Shown in pieces: positions 20,895 to 31,501 of a stretch of DNA of 64,000 nucleotides. The notes under the pieces were generated by a model that was given only the letters and a program-made list of their open reading frames with translations, made no database searches and was not told the DNA's origin. Source of the DNA: an uncultured Methanosarcinaceae archaeon (lineage in GTDB: Archaea; Halobacteriota; Methanosarcinia; Methanosarcinales; Methanosarcinaceae); NCBI GenBank assembly GCA_963847185.1, contig CAWJYV010000007.1:512001-576000 (forward strand), written 5' to 3'. Position 1 is the stretch's first letter. Each line of letters starts with the position of its first letter. A program made the translations under genes and the position numbers.

Positions 20895-21689
20895 TTATAT
20901 TTTCTCAATACGTCTGGACATCTCTTTATAATATACGAAGAGCTCTTCGCACCATCTAAGTGCGGTTTCGTCAAAACTCATCAGACGTTGATGGTCAAAC
21001 TTTCCCTTTTTATCGAAAAGTACAAGCGAACAAAAACGTTCTGTTACAACATCTTTAAGCGTTACGTTTTTGTCACAGACGTATATTTCAATGTTTTTCG
21101 ACTCTACAAGAAATTTCAGACTCTCGTAGTAGTCTTTTTTCATCCTCTCAAACACAGACTCTGTCAGGATGAGACATATTTCAGCTTCCTTTCTTACGAG
21201 TTCAGAGTAAATCTCAATGTAAAGGGGGTTGAAATAAGAAAGAAACATTTTTATGTGCTTTGATTCTAGAAGGTTATTCTTAAAATCTTCAGGCACCTCA
21301 AAAAGCCTGTTAAGATCCGCCTCAAGCATGAAATAGTTTCCCAATTCATTAATCCTGTTAAGAAGATGTTCGGGAATTGCAGTAAAATCATGGTTTGTCC
21401 AGTAATCGTAATTTTCCTCAAACACCCTTACGGTATCCAGCAGGGGCTCCATCTTTTCTACTACTATCTCCCCCATTTCAGAGAGTTTGTAGGTGTTTCT
21501 GTCATCCTGCACTATTAATCGTCCCTCTTTTAATTTTTTTATCTGGGGCATGATAGAAGTCGAATTGACATTAAGGGCAGTTTTGATTTCATCTCCAGTT
21601 TTAGGTCCTTCCTCAAGCAGGAGCAGCACATCTTTTCTTTTTTCTGATAAAAATGCCAAGTCAATAAGTGATATTTTCATTTTATCCAT
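20895..21689 (-). CDS. ArsR-like winged-helix regulator with DUF1724-type C-terminus (Msr-like family)
   Basis: FLSEKRKDVLLLLEEGPK...PQIKKL HTH and ALRWCEELF terminus; start placed at ATG 21689 or 21680 rather than 21761. Confidence 0.82.
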   Translation of the reverse strand: MDKMKISLIDLAFLSEKRKDVLLLLEEGPKTGDEIKTALNVNSTSIMPQIKKLKEGRLIVQDDRNTYKLSEMGEIVVEKMEPLLDTVRVFEENYDYWTNHDFTAIPEHLLNRINELGNYFMLEADLNRLFEVPEDFKNNLLESKHIKMFLSYFNPLYIEIYSELVRKEAEICLILTESVFERMKKDYYESLKFLVESKNIEIYVCDKNVTLKDVVTERFCSLVLFDKKGKFDHQRLMSFDETALRWCEELFVYYKEMSRRIEKI

Positions 21690-22349
21690 CTCCCCGGAAA
21701 CTCTTGAATGTACCTGAAAAAGCTCTTCTCTTTTATCTCTTGGAAAACAATAATATGACAATAGTCCTTTCTATTTTCTAAAGAATATAATTGAGGGGCT
21801 TTGCGAAATAATACTACACTATTTTTCAGTTGATTCCTTATATTTTTTTCCAAAAAAACTTATTTTTTATATAAATTCCTTTTTCACTCTTTTTTTCTTT
21901 TTAGAAATTTTCTTTAAAAATTACTTTCCGTCAATTACTTCTTTATTCAAAGTTTTAAACTTCTTTTTGACTTTTAGGCAATTTTTTAGTTCCTTCCCTA
22001 ATTTTTCTCTATAATATCAAGCTGTAATTTCCGTTCTGGGGTTAAATGTTGTTTTTCTCAGTCCTTGAAAAGTATCTGATGCTCTCTTTGAAAATTCATC
22101 TTTAAGGATTCTCTTTTCAATTTCTCCATGTGGGATAACCTAACGTCTAAAATTATGTACTATTATTTATATTTTTTCCAGTATCTTAATTGGCTTTGTT
22201 TACGTCCTCATAAAACTGAAGATAAAAGAGATCGGTCTGAAGATATATTTTTATAAGAAAAATGAGATAAAACCAGAGAAAAGGTAAGAGTGAAGTGAGG
22301 AATAAACGAAAAAGGGATTTTCTGCACGGGGCAGAAAAAATTTCATAAA

Positions 22350-22862
22350 TTATTTTGAGGCTTTTTTTACAAGAGCAAGAATTCCGCGCAGGATTTCTTT
22401 CGGTGAGGGAGGGTTTCCCGGAATCTTCATATCAACTGGCAGAATCTTATCAACACCTCCGAGAACGGCATAAGAACCTTTATAGATCCCGCCGTCGCAG
22501 GCATCGTCTCCTGCTGCGACCACAAATTTTGGAGAGGGCATGGCTTCATAGGTTTTTCTGACTGCTTCAGCCATATTCAGGGTTACTGCACCTGTGACTA
22601 GCAGGATATCGGCATGTCTCGGAGAAGCTACAAAAGATATCCCGAATCTTTCAACATCATAGTAGGGTGTTCCCAAATTCGAAATTTCAATTTCAGTTGA
22701 ATTATCGCTTCCGGAATCCAGCTCGCGGATTGCAAGGCTGCTCCTGAAAACTTTCGGGATTTCCTTCTTTATTTCCGCACCAAGGGTTTCTAATTCTTCA
22801 TCTCGAAATTCAAAGGTCTCAGTAACTTTCGGACGGAGGAATAGGGAAAGAGGATTTACCAT
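22350..22862 (-). CDS. Ehr/hydrogenase-4 small subunit (NuoB-like) lacking the Fe-S cysteines
   Basis: SPRHADILLVTG and TYEAMPSPKFVVA conserved; the Cys motifs read SDNST, GDDA and PGNPP. Confidence 0.85.
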   Translation of the reverse strand: MVNPLSLFLRPKVTETFEFRDEELETLGAEIKKEIPKVFRSSLAIRELDSGSDNSTEIEISNLGTPYYDVERFGISFVASPRHADILLVTGAVTLNMAEAVRKTYEAMPSPKFVVAAGDDACDGGIYKGSYAVLGGVDKILPVDMKIPGNPPSPKEILRGILALVKKASK

Positions 22863-22903
22863 AGTTAAGCCTCGCATGTTTCTTTATTTTTTCATCATAA
22901 TAC

Positions 22904-24506
22904 TCAAAGGTCGGTTCCTGCATACGAAAGGTTAAGACTCTTATTAATCAGGGGGAAGTCAGGAACAATATTTCCGAGCACTGCATGTTCTATGGCCTGC
23001 CAGTTGCAGAATGAGGCAGTCCTTACCTTATAACGGTCAATGATCCCGTCTTTCAGGTAAACCCAATGCAGGTTCTGTCCTCTTGGAGCTTCTATCAGGG
23101 CAAGAGAGTAGCCGGTGGTCCGCATGTCGGAGTCATATTTAGCAGCATACACAGGCCCTCCAGAAACTCTTTCTATAAGCTGCAGGATAAGTTTTAAGGA
23201 AGCCCGAATTTCATCGGCTTTTACCTCAAACCGGGAGAATACATCTCCTTTTTTTCGAACTGAGGATTCAGGAGCAAATTTTTTGTAGGCTCCATAGGGC
23301 TTATCAATCCTGGTATCTGCAGGACAGCCCGAAGCTCTTGCCAGGGGGCCTGTGAGGTTAAGTGGGGAAATAAGCTCTTTTTTTATTACTCCCTGTCGTT
23401 GCAAATCTATCAATAAGGGAAGATGAGGACATAGCCCTCTCAAAAGCCTGTTCAAATACCTTGGAGAATTTTTTCAGGAAAGCAGGAAGTTCATTTAGGG
23501 ACGTATCTGATAAATCTTTTTTAAGCCCGCCAGGGGTCATAATTCCTCTTAAAAACCTTGAACCTGTAAGCTTTTCGTTTTGTCTCAAAACCTCTTCTCT
23601 TAATATCAAGAAAGGGCTTGCTACAAGAGCAAAACCTACATCTACAGCCATGCCTGCGAGGTCCCCAAGTAATGAGTAAATCCGTTCAAGTTCCAGTACC
23701 ACTGCTCTCAAATGTTCTGCTCTTTCCGGCACTTCTATTCTATAGATCTGTTCCACAGCCATGCAAAATCCTGCTGCATTTGCCGCACTTTCGTCCCCAC
23801 TTACGGCCTCGGCAAGAGGGACACACTCCAGGGGAGTCTTTCCTTCAGCCAGTTTTTCTATGCCCCTGTGCTTGTAAAACAACCGGATTTCCAGGCTGAA
23901 AATGGGTTCTCCTATTACACTGAACCTGAAATGTCCGGGCTCAATAATTCCTGCATGGACAGGCCCTACAGGAATCTGGTACACACCTTCTCCTTTCACC
24001 TGCCTGAACCTGTATTCTGTACTGGAGGACTCGGCAGGAAGGATGGGCCCATTTTTGAATCCTTTTTGCAGGGGATGGAAGTCTTCAGGATAACATTCAT
24101 GCAGGAAGAGTCTTCTGTTATCAAACGCTCCTGCAAACTCCAGTCCGAAGCCATCTCTTATTTCCCGCTCAAACCAGGAAGCTGAAGGGAAAATCTCAGC
24201 AACTGAATGAATCTTTTTTTCTTTCCTGGTTTCAAGGACAAGAACCAAAATATGCGCCCTACCGGCCTGCTTGAAAACATAAAAAAGATTAAAATCAGTG
24301 TTTTTCTCAAAAGCTTCTGCGCAGAAGAGCCCTATAAGGCTGAAGCTCCTTTCTGCGAGGATTTCAGATACCTTTCGAAGTCCGGTTTCCGAGATACCAA
24401 TATATGTCTCGTTTTCGCGGGTATTGAGGAGTGTTGCCTCTTCTTCTGCAATACTCGAAATTTTTGAAACTATTTCAATTGCACTTATGTTAGTTTTCAT
24501 ATCCAT
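22904..24506 (-). pseudogene. Ehr/hydrogenase-4 large subunit (NuoC+NuoD fusion) split by a +1 frameshift near 23392
   Basis: Removing one base from the CCC at 23391-23393 joins ...DRFATTG to VIKKELISPLNLTGPLARASG; GPVHAGIIEPGHFRF and EAPRG motifs present; no NiFe CxxC motifs. Confidence 0.8.
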
Positions 24507-24517
24507 GTACAAACCCC

Positions 24518-26065
24518 TCACAAATATCCAAGCTCAAGAATTATTGAATCAAGCAGATTTCTCAAAGGTTCTGGGAAATAAAGTCCCAGAACAAGGGCAA
24601 GGACCAGCAGGAAAATTGTCGGGATCCTCATTCCTCTCCTTACATTATAAGGTGAAATCAAATTACTTTTTTTGTGGCTGATTTTTTCAGTGAGTTTTTC
24701 AGTGAGTTTTTCAGATCCCGTTCTTTCAGAAGCCAGGGATTTGTTCTCATGTCCTTCTTTTCCTTCCTCGAGAGAAACTCTTGAGAAAGCTTTTAACAGG
24801 AAGTTTGCAAAGGATGCGGATGCAAGGATAAGCATTAGCAGCAGCGCCAGGGTCAGATAGGGTGAAATTTTTGCGCTCTCCAGAAGAATAAAAAACTTCG
24901 CCGGGAAAAGAGGGAAAGGCGGCATCCCTACTATGGCTATGCTCCCCAGAATAAGAGTCCATGCTGCACGTGGTTGGAGTTTAAATACATCCTTTATATC
25001 TTCACGCATGTTGCTTCCGTACTGCCTGTGCAGGACACCTGCAGAAAAGAGCAAAATTTCCTTTATCAGGACATGGCCAAGCATATAAAAAAGAACCCAG
25101 AAAAGAGCAAGAGGAGTTCCTATTCCTATCCCTATAAGAAGAAGTCCCATGTGCTCGACACTTGAAAAGGCTATCAATTTCTTCAGGTTTCTCTGCTGAA
25201 GCATACTGAATGAAGCCAGAGCAATTGAGAAAACTCCTGCTGCTATCAGGATTAAAGACGCCTGTGGAGCTACCTCACTCTCTTTAAGCAGAGCATATAT
25301 CCTGATAATGCCGTAGATCCCCAGATTTTGCATGAGCCCTGAGAGAATTGCACTTACTGATGGGGCTCGTGCGTAAGCATCCGGAATCCATGTATGGAAA
25401 GGAGCTATTCCTGCTTTTGCTCCGAAACCTATGAAGACAAAGGTAAAACTCGCAAGGAGGAGGGGAGGTGAAAAACTTGATGCATTCGCTGCAAGTTTTG
25501 TCCAGCTAAGAGTTCCTTCCCCTAGAGTTAGTTCCGAAAGAGTGAAAAGGAAAATCAACCCAAGGAACGCAAAAAGCATGGATCCGGAGACTATGAAGAC
25601 ATATTTTAGGGCGGCATCTATGTTTTCTCTTGCGGAAAGGATTGCTACAAGTACGGCAGCGCAGACTGTCGTAAGCTCTACAAAGATCCAGAAAAGCGCC
25701 AGATTATCCGAAAAAAGCGCAATAGTAGCCGTGACAAGCAGGAGGTTAAAAGCAAGGTAGAAAGTTTTCAGGTTTTTGGGGTCAAGATCTCCTGCTTCCA
25801 TAAGGCTGTCGGTATATCCCTTGGCATAGAAGGCTGCTGCAGAGAATCCAAGTGCAGTTATCAATTCCACATAAAGGTTGAGGTGGTCCAGGTAAAGATA
25901 GTCTCCATACCGGGCAGGCAAATCAAGGACTAGTAATGCTGCGCAGGTTAGAACAAGATGCAGCAGGGCATTGCCTGCGGCAAGGAAATTCATGAGTTTG
26001 TGGGATTTTGGAATAAGGCCCAGAGCCAGAAAAATTCCCATTGTTAAGAGGTAGTAACGGATCAT
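24518..26065 (-). CDS. hyfF: Proton-conducting antiporter-like subunit (HyfF-like)
   Basis: AKAGIAPFHTWIPDAY, KKLIAFSSVEHMG; ATGA overlap with the upstream gene. Confidence 0.85.
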   Translation of the reverse strand: MIRYYLLTMGIFLALGLIPKSHKLMNFLAAGNALLHLVLTCAALLVLDLPARYGDYLYLDHLNLYVELITALGFSAAAFYAKGYTDSLMEAGDLDPKNLKTFYLAFNLLLVTATIALFSDNLALFWIFVELTTVCAAVLVAILSARENIDAALKYVFIVSGSMLFAFLGLIFLFTLSELTLGEGTLSWTKLAANASSFSPPLLLASFTFVFIGFGAKAGIAPFHTWIPDAYARAPSVSAILSGLMQNLGIYGIIRIYALLKESEVAPQASLILIAAGVFSIALASFSMLQQRNLKKLIAFSSVEHMGLLLIGIGIGTPLALFWVLFYMLGHVLIKEILLFSAGVLHRQYGSNMREDIKDVFKLQPRAAWTLILGSIAIVGMPPFPLFPAKFFILLESAKISPYLTLALLLMLILASASFANFLLKAFSRVSLEEGKEGHENKSLASERTGSEKLTEKLTEKISHKKSNLISPYNVRRGMRIPTIFLLVLALVLGLYFPEPLRNLLDSIILELGYL

Positions 26066-26748
26066 AAGTATCTGCCTCCTGTCCATATCTGCAGTTTTCT
26101 AAATTTCTGCCTGTACTCCTCAATACTTGAATCCATTCCTACAGCCAGGATAGTTGTTAGCATTACCAGTATCACAAGGTCAATTATTATCAGGACTTCT
26201 ATTATGAAAGGAATTTCAGTGACAAAGAGTCCGAACATCAAGACTCCATTTTCCATACTGAGGTAACCCAGAGCTTTTGTAATTACTCTCTTCCTGCTGA
26301 AAATGACAAGCATCCCCATCAATGTTAAAGAAACTCCTATGACAGCCCCGAAGAAGAAGAGCTTTGAGAGGGAAAGGTCTTCGAAGATCCGGGAAAGGAA
26401 AGAATAGGAAAGCAGGATAAGGCCTATGCTTAACAGAAGAGAAGTTGTAGGTTCGAGATAGGTAAAATGCAAATCTCTTCCGATTTTGATTTTTTCTTCT
26501 ATCCTGGAGATAAAGTATGGGATTAAAATCACTTTACTTGTCAGGGTCAGGCCTGCCAGTAGCAAAAGCTGTCCCTTCCCGTCTATAAGGTAGAGAAGGA
26601 CCGAGACTGCAGCAAGCAGGAAGGATTGGATGGTATATGTGGTCAGAACTGAACTAAGGTTACGGGTTGAGATGATCAAACCTGCACTGATGAGGACAAA
26701 AACAAAAAGGATCTTGATTAGACCTTCAATAAAGAGGGGGTCAATCAT
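26062..26748 (-). CDS. hyfE: HyfE-like membrane subunit
   Basis: 228 aa hydrophobic protein with GYLSMENG motif; position in operon. Confidence 0.82.
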   Translation of the reverse strand: MIDPLFIEGLIKILFVFVLISAGLIISTRNLSSVLTTYTIQSFLLAAVSVLLYLIDGKGQLLLLAGLTLTSKVILIPYFISRIEEKIKIGRDLHFTYLEPTTSLLLSIGLILLSYSFLSRIFEDLSLSKLFFFGAVIGVSLTLMGMLVIFSRKRVITKALGYLSMENGVLMFGLFVTEIPFIIEVLIIIDLVILVMLTTILAVGMDSSIEEYRQKFRKLQIWTGGRYL

Positions 26749-27686
26749 GCAAACACCTCTATAAGAATTGTAAGGGCTGAGAAGAAAAATGCCATCACGT
26801 AAAAAGCAGGAAGCCTGAAGAGACGCATCTTTGCGAGGGATGACTCAAAGAGTCCTATAATGATGGCAAGCAGCCCGGCTTTCAGAAGAAAGAGGACAGC
26901 TGAAACTGCAATTTTTCCTGAATTTAACTCAGTACTGAGTCCTATCGGAATAATAGTATTGATTAATATTCCCATCAAAAGTAACTGTTTGAGAGCGTGG
27001 GCAAGCTCGAGTAGGGCCAGATTCTTTCCAGTCTGTTCCAGTATCATGGCCTCATTAATCATTGTTAACTCAAGATGGGTTGCCGGGTTGTCGACAGGCA
27101 GCCTGCCGGTCTCCACAATAAGAATTATAAAAAGAGAAATTGAGACCAGGACAAGTGTAGGGTTCAGAGGAAGAATCTTGCTTGCTGTCAGCGCAAACAT
27201 TTCATGCATATTCAGGCTTTTAAGGACAAAAGCAAGGGCTGCAAAAGATACCACCATACTTGGTTCTATTACGGCTGCCAAGCTCATCGAACGGGAACTT
27301 CCCATGCCCCCAAAGGCACTTCCTGCATCAAGTCCTCCAAGTGCCGTAAAGAAACGCTCCAGTGCCAGGAGATAGAGGAAAACGATAACATGGCCGAATC
27401 CTCCCACGGGTTCGGGTACAAACACCAGGGGAACAAAGAGGGAAGCAATGAGCAGGGTAGAAAGATTAAGGTATGGAGTAAAACGCATAATCCAGGAGGA
27501 TGTAGGAGAATAAACTGTCTCTTTGTGCAGAAGTTTCCTCAAATCATAATATACCTGGAAAAGTCTTGGCCCTTTTCTTCCCTGGGCATATGCTTTTACT
27601 TTCCTTATAAGAGCCATATACAGAGGGGCTGCCAGTAAAGCGAAGATGGGATTTAACACGGCGAAGAGCAGAAAGGAACTGTTCAT
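26745..27686 (-). CDS. hyfC: NuoH-like membrane subunit (HyfC/HycD)
   Basis: QGRKGP, GMGSSR, ETGRLPVDNPATHLELTMI. Confidence 0.87.
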   Translation of the reverse strand: MNSSFLLFAVLNPIFALLAAPLYMALIRKVKAYAQGRKGPRLFQVYYDLRKLLHKETVYSPTSSWIMRFTPYLNLSTLLIASLFVPLVFVPEPVGGFGHVIVFLYLLALERFFTALGGLDAGSAFGGMGSSRSMSLAAVIEPSMVVSFAALAFVLKSLNMHEMFALTASKILPLNPTLVLVSISLFIILIVETGRLPVDNPATHLELTMINEAMILEQTGKNLALLELAHALKQLLLMGILINTIIPIGLSTELNSGKIAVSAVLFLLKAGLLAIIIGLFESSLAKMRLFRLPAFYVMAFFFSALTILIEVFA

Positions 27687-29614
27687 ACGAGACCTCCGGT
27701 CACGAGAATCAGGATGAGAACTGCAATAAATGCATAGAGGACATAACTGTCAAGTTTTCCGTTCTGCAGTTTTGAGACCATCTTTGAAATACTGTCGATT
27801 GCATATGCAGGTGGAGTATAGAGATACTCCTCAAAAATGCGAAGCAGGCGAATTTCCACTTTTCCGTTTTTGAAAAGACTTTCCTGCATATCAAAATATT
27901 CAGGTTTATGTACTATTCTTGTTCTGTAGATACCTTTGAAAATCATTACAAGCGGTTCGGAGAAACCCGCAGAGCTGTATTCCATTGAAGAAGTAAGGGC
28001 TGGAATTCCACAGCCCCAGGTTTCGCTGATTCGGGCAGGGTTCTTTGAACGCATTATAAGGAAAAGAGCCGTGTATGTCAGACCAAGCAAAAGTCCGAGC
28101 AGGAAAAGATCCGGAAATTCTAAGTTCAGGCCTGCAAGGGAAAGGAGCTGTTTTGAAAAGAGTCCTGTAAGGATGCAGAGGACTGCAGGTACGGCCGGGC
28201 CAAAAAGCATGGGGTTTTTGACTTCTTCTGCCATTTTGCTTTGTTCCGAACGAGGAATGGCCAGACATGTAATCCCGAAAAGTTTTACGAATAGGACAGC
28301 TGCAAGAGCACCTGTAAGAGCAAAACTTGAGAGTGCGATTATTAAAAGCACGGTAAGCAGGGGTTCGGTAAGGGCTGAAGACTGTAGAAAAGCCTGGTAG
28401 AGCAGGAGTTCTCCGGCAAAACCGTTTGTCGGAGGAAGAGCTGCAATAGAAATTGACCCTATCATGAAGAGAGCCGAGGTTGAAGGCATGCTTTTTACAA
28501 GGCCTCCGAAAGCTTCGATGTTTCGCGTACCTGTAGCATGGACTATTGAACCTGCACAGAGGAAAAGGAGACTTTTGAAAAGGGCATGGTTAAAAGAGTG
28601 GAAACAGGCTCCTGCGAGGCTTAATAGGGCTAGAGCTTCCAGCCCCTCTACTTTAAATATTACATACATGCCTATCCCGATAAAAATGATCCCTATGTTT
28701 TCGATACTGCTGTAGGCAAGCAGTCTTTTTATGTCACTTTCTTTAAGGGCGTAGATCACTCCCAATAAAGCCGTGACACAGCCTCCTATAAGAATGAGCA
28801 CTCCCCACCAGAGTTCGGGGACGGAAACAGAGAGTAAAAAACGTAGAAAGCCGTAGATTGCAACCTTTAGCATGACACCTGACATAAGAGCTGAGGCGCT
28901 GGAAGGAGCTGCAGGATGGGCATATGGAAGCCATTTGTGGAAAGGTACAATCCCTGCTTTGATCCCAAAACCAGTGAAAAGGCAGAGGAAGGGCAGAGCC
29001 AGGGAGCTTGCCGGGTAATCCAGCTGTCCGAACTCAGCAGAACCGGTAAGCCTGAAAAGGCTTATAAAACCCAGGAAAAGAAAAGTTGTACTCAGGCTTG
29101 TCATTACAAAGTAAAAGAAACCTGCTTTTTTGTTTTCTTCCGAGGAATAATTATGGAGCACAAGAAGCAGGGAGGAAAGGGACATTATCTCCCAAAAAAA
29201 CAGGAAGCCTACCATATTTCCTGCAAGCACCACAAGGAGCATTGCAAGAATAAAAAGATTTGTGAGGGCTGTTTGCAGGTTCTTTCTGGCTTCGCTTTCA
29301 GCATGTTCCACGTATTCGACCGAATAAATTGAAACTCCGGGTATAACTGCTGCAATTAGCAAAATGAAGCCTGCTGAAAGTCGATCTGCAGCAAGAGTGA
29401 AATTCAATCCGGGAAGATATCCGAAGGTTGGAAAGGCAGGCTCTTTTCCTGTGTAAAGAATAATGCCTGCAAAAGCCAGGAGCAGGATTGAAGAAATTAA
29501 AGATAGGCCGAAGGAAGCCTTTCTTGTGTTTTTAGTGCGGTACAGAAGGGGGAGGAAAGTTCCGGATATCAGGGCTAAAACAGCGCTGTAAATAAAGGCT
29601 TCGAGCAAATACAT
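27683..29614 (-). CDS. hyfB: NuoL/MrpA-like antiporter subunit (HyfB)
   Basis: KAGIVPFHKWLPYAHPAAPS, KRLLAYSSIENIG, WGCG. Confidence 0.88.
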   Translation of the reverse strand: MYLLEAFIYSAVLALISGTFLPLLYRTKNTRKASFGLSLISSILLLAFAGIILYTGKEPAFPTFGYLPGLNFTLAADRLSAGFILLIAAVIPGVSIYSVEYVEHAESEARKNLQTALTNLFILAMLLVVLAGNMVGFLFFWEIMSLSSLLLVLHNYSSEENKKAGFFYFVMTSLSTTFLFLGFISLFRLTGSAEFGQLDYPASSLALPFLCLFTGFGIKAGIVPFHKWLPYAHPAAPSSASALMSGVMLKVAIYGFLRFLLSVSVPELWWGVLILIGGCVTALLGVIYALKESDIKRLLAYSSIENIGIIFIGIGMYVIFKVEGLEALALLSLAGACFHSFNHALFKSLLFLCAGSIVHATGTRNIEAFGGLVKSMPSTSALFMIGSISIAALPPTNGFAGELLLYQAFLQSSALTEPLLTVLLIIALSSFALTGALAAVLFVKLFGITCLAIPRSEQSKMAEEVKNPMLFGPAVPAVLCILTGLFSKQLLSLAGLNLEFPDLFLLGLLLGLTYTALFLIMRSKNPARISETWGCGIPALTSSMEYSSAGFSEPLVMIFKGIYRTRIVHKPEYFDMQESLFKNGKVEIRLLRIFEEYLYTPPAYAIDSISKMVSKLQNGKLDSYVLYAFIAVLILILVTGGLV

Positions 29615-30347
29615 TCACTCCTGAAGTCGGAATTTGGCTGTTGAATCAAAATATGAAAATAGGTTTTCAGTCCGGGTGGAGAGTAAAGACTCTCCAGTTC
29701 GCATCCCACTTAAAGCGAGATTCTTGAAACTGTCCTCTGTATATGAGATAATGGGAATAGTTCTAAAATTCGTATTTACATTCCACCGTAAATTTCTATT
29801 TCAAGGATCATTTTTCCCGGAAACGTTTTTGCCTAATACTTATCAATATTATATAGGTTTACATTATAAAGTTTATTGTACGCTTATGTAACTATTATTC
29901 ATTATTCTTATTTTTTAACAATGAAAATGGTATAAAGTTCAAAAATCCTTCAAAAAAGATTTTCTTTCTCTTTTATGTCCTAAATTCCTCTTTATTTCAT
30001 CCTCTTTTCTATGGGTGAAATATATATAATTATCACGATTTTTAATGGAAATAATTTTAACTCTTTGATTATTTTTACATTATTCCACTAACTTATTCTA
30101 AAACTTACCTCTAACTTCTAAAGATTTTAAATCCATTTAGTGTAATTTATTCAAATTATGATCTGTGATTTTTTTCTTTCGTCTGTATTCTTTAATCAAA
30201 TGTGGTTAAGAGGATCTAAAAAAATGTCATTTTCAAACTTTCAGTTCCATAAAATACATAGACTTCTTTTAGAATAGGATCAATAATGAAAAAGAAATGT
30301 TAATCTCGGAAAGACCCGAGGTATATATTTTAAAATTCCAACTTCTG

Positions 30348-31367
30348 TTAATCAGATTCTTCATGTGTAATTTGGTATAATGTCTTCATAAGGGAATACT
30401 TTTTGGTGTGTAGGGTTGCAGTGTAGTAAGGCACAACTTCTGGAGAAAAACCCATTATGAAATCCGCAAATCTGGCAATGTTTGCTGCCATCACGTTCAT
30501 GTGATCGAAATTTCTGGATTTCAGGTCAAGAAACTCATTATAATACAGCAGGGAGTTGGCACCCGTCCGACCAAAGGCAGGGTTAAGGGCTGAAGACCAG
30601 GTAACCGTACATCCCTTACCGTACAGGTTTAGATGGGATGCAATGGCTTCTCCTTCGGGAGTTTCCGTGACAAACATATATCCTACGTCTTTCTCCTGAA
30701 TCAACTTAAATACTCTTTCAAAAAATTCTTTTGGAACAGGAAGTGCTAGATTTTGCTTTTCATAAACCATGGAAAGTAGATGGTAATAGATCTCGGGATC
30801 GTTTGATATTCTCGTTTTGAGTCCTGCCTCTTCTGCGGATTTAAGCTCCCTTCGGATCTTTCTTGAGAGGTTGCCATCTACATCTTCCTTGAGATTTAGA
30901 TAATGGGTATAGCGCACACTGGAGTCCCATCCATTCCATGTAAAAGGTCTTATATCCTCAATTCCCGGAGAAAATGTCAGATGAATACTCTCAAATCCCT
31001 GTTTGCAGAGAAACTCTCTGAGAGCATTAAAGACTTCATGAGTTTCCTGAACTTTTTTACTTGCTTTGGGGCTTGCTCCCTCTTTTATAAGGGGGCCGCA
31101 ATAGTCAGTCATATTACAGGTAGAAGATGCCACTTTCATAATTCCTTTCAAATTTTTAATGAATATAGGACACCCTCCCACAAGCTCATCTTTTCGGAAA
31201 CAACCATAAATCTTGAGCTCTCTCGAAAGAACATCCCTGCAGATTCCCAGCCAGTCACTCATGTGAAAGAGTGTCCCAGGTTGAGCTTTTTCTACAAGCA
31301 GGTCCCATTCCTTATATTCGGATGGCAGTAATTCTCTAACTTCAATTTCGTCCATTTTAAGCCCCAT
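30348..31367 (-). CDS. GNAT/FemAB-like acyltransferase
   Basis: EWDLLVEKAQPGTLFHMSDWL...CGPL...RYTHYLNL, typical of GNAT proteins in polysaccharide loci. Confidence 0.72.
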   Translation of the reverse strand: MGLKMDEIEVRELLPSEYKEWDLLVEKAQPGTLFHMSDWLGICRDVLSRELKIYGCFRKDELVGGCPIFIKNLKGIMKVASSTCNMTDYCGPLIKEGASPKASKKVQETHEVFNALREFLCKQGFESIHLTFSPGIEDIRPFTWNGWDSSVRYTHYLNLKEDVDGNLSRKIRRELKSAEEAGLKTRISNDPEIYYHLLSMVYEKQNLALPVPKEFFERVFKLIQEKDVGYMFVTETPEGEAIASHLNLYGKGCTVTWSSALNPAFGRTGANSLLYYNEFLDLKSRNFDHMNVMAANIARFADFIMGFSPEVVPYYTATLHTKKYSLMKTLYQITHEESD

Positions 31368-31383
31368 AATGATTATTCATTTC

Positions 31384-31462
31384 TTAAGCGTGGATAGATA
31401 GCTTCGTATCTTAGTGTGGATAGATAACTTCGTACCTTAACGTGGATAGATAACTTCGTATC
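31384..31462. repeat. 26-27-bp tandem repeat x3 (TTA..GTGGATAGATARCTTCGTAYC)
   Basis: Three adjacent imperfect copies in an intergenic gap. Confidence 0.88.
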
Positions 31463-31501
31463 TTTATAAGTTATAGGAAAACATAAGACAGATCAGTTTT
31501 T

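Noticed and set aside
24682-24714. 12-bp repeat inside hyfF giving EKLT-EKLT-EK
   Set aside because: Short in-frame slippage in a variable loop, with no sign of function.
22350-29614. Calling the operon a functional NiFe hydrogenase or formate hydrogenlyase
   Set aside because: NiFe and Fe-S ligands are absent, and no maturation or formate dehydrogenase genes are adjacent.
31384-31474. Repeat containing ATAACTTCGTA, resembling a loxP arm, and a CRISPR-like periodicity
   Set aside because: No 13-8-13 loxP palindrome, and the units are adjacent with no unique spacers, so it is a simple tandem repeat.
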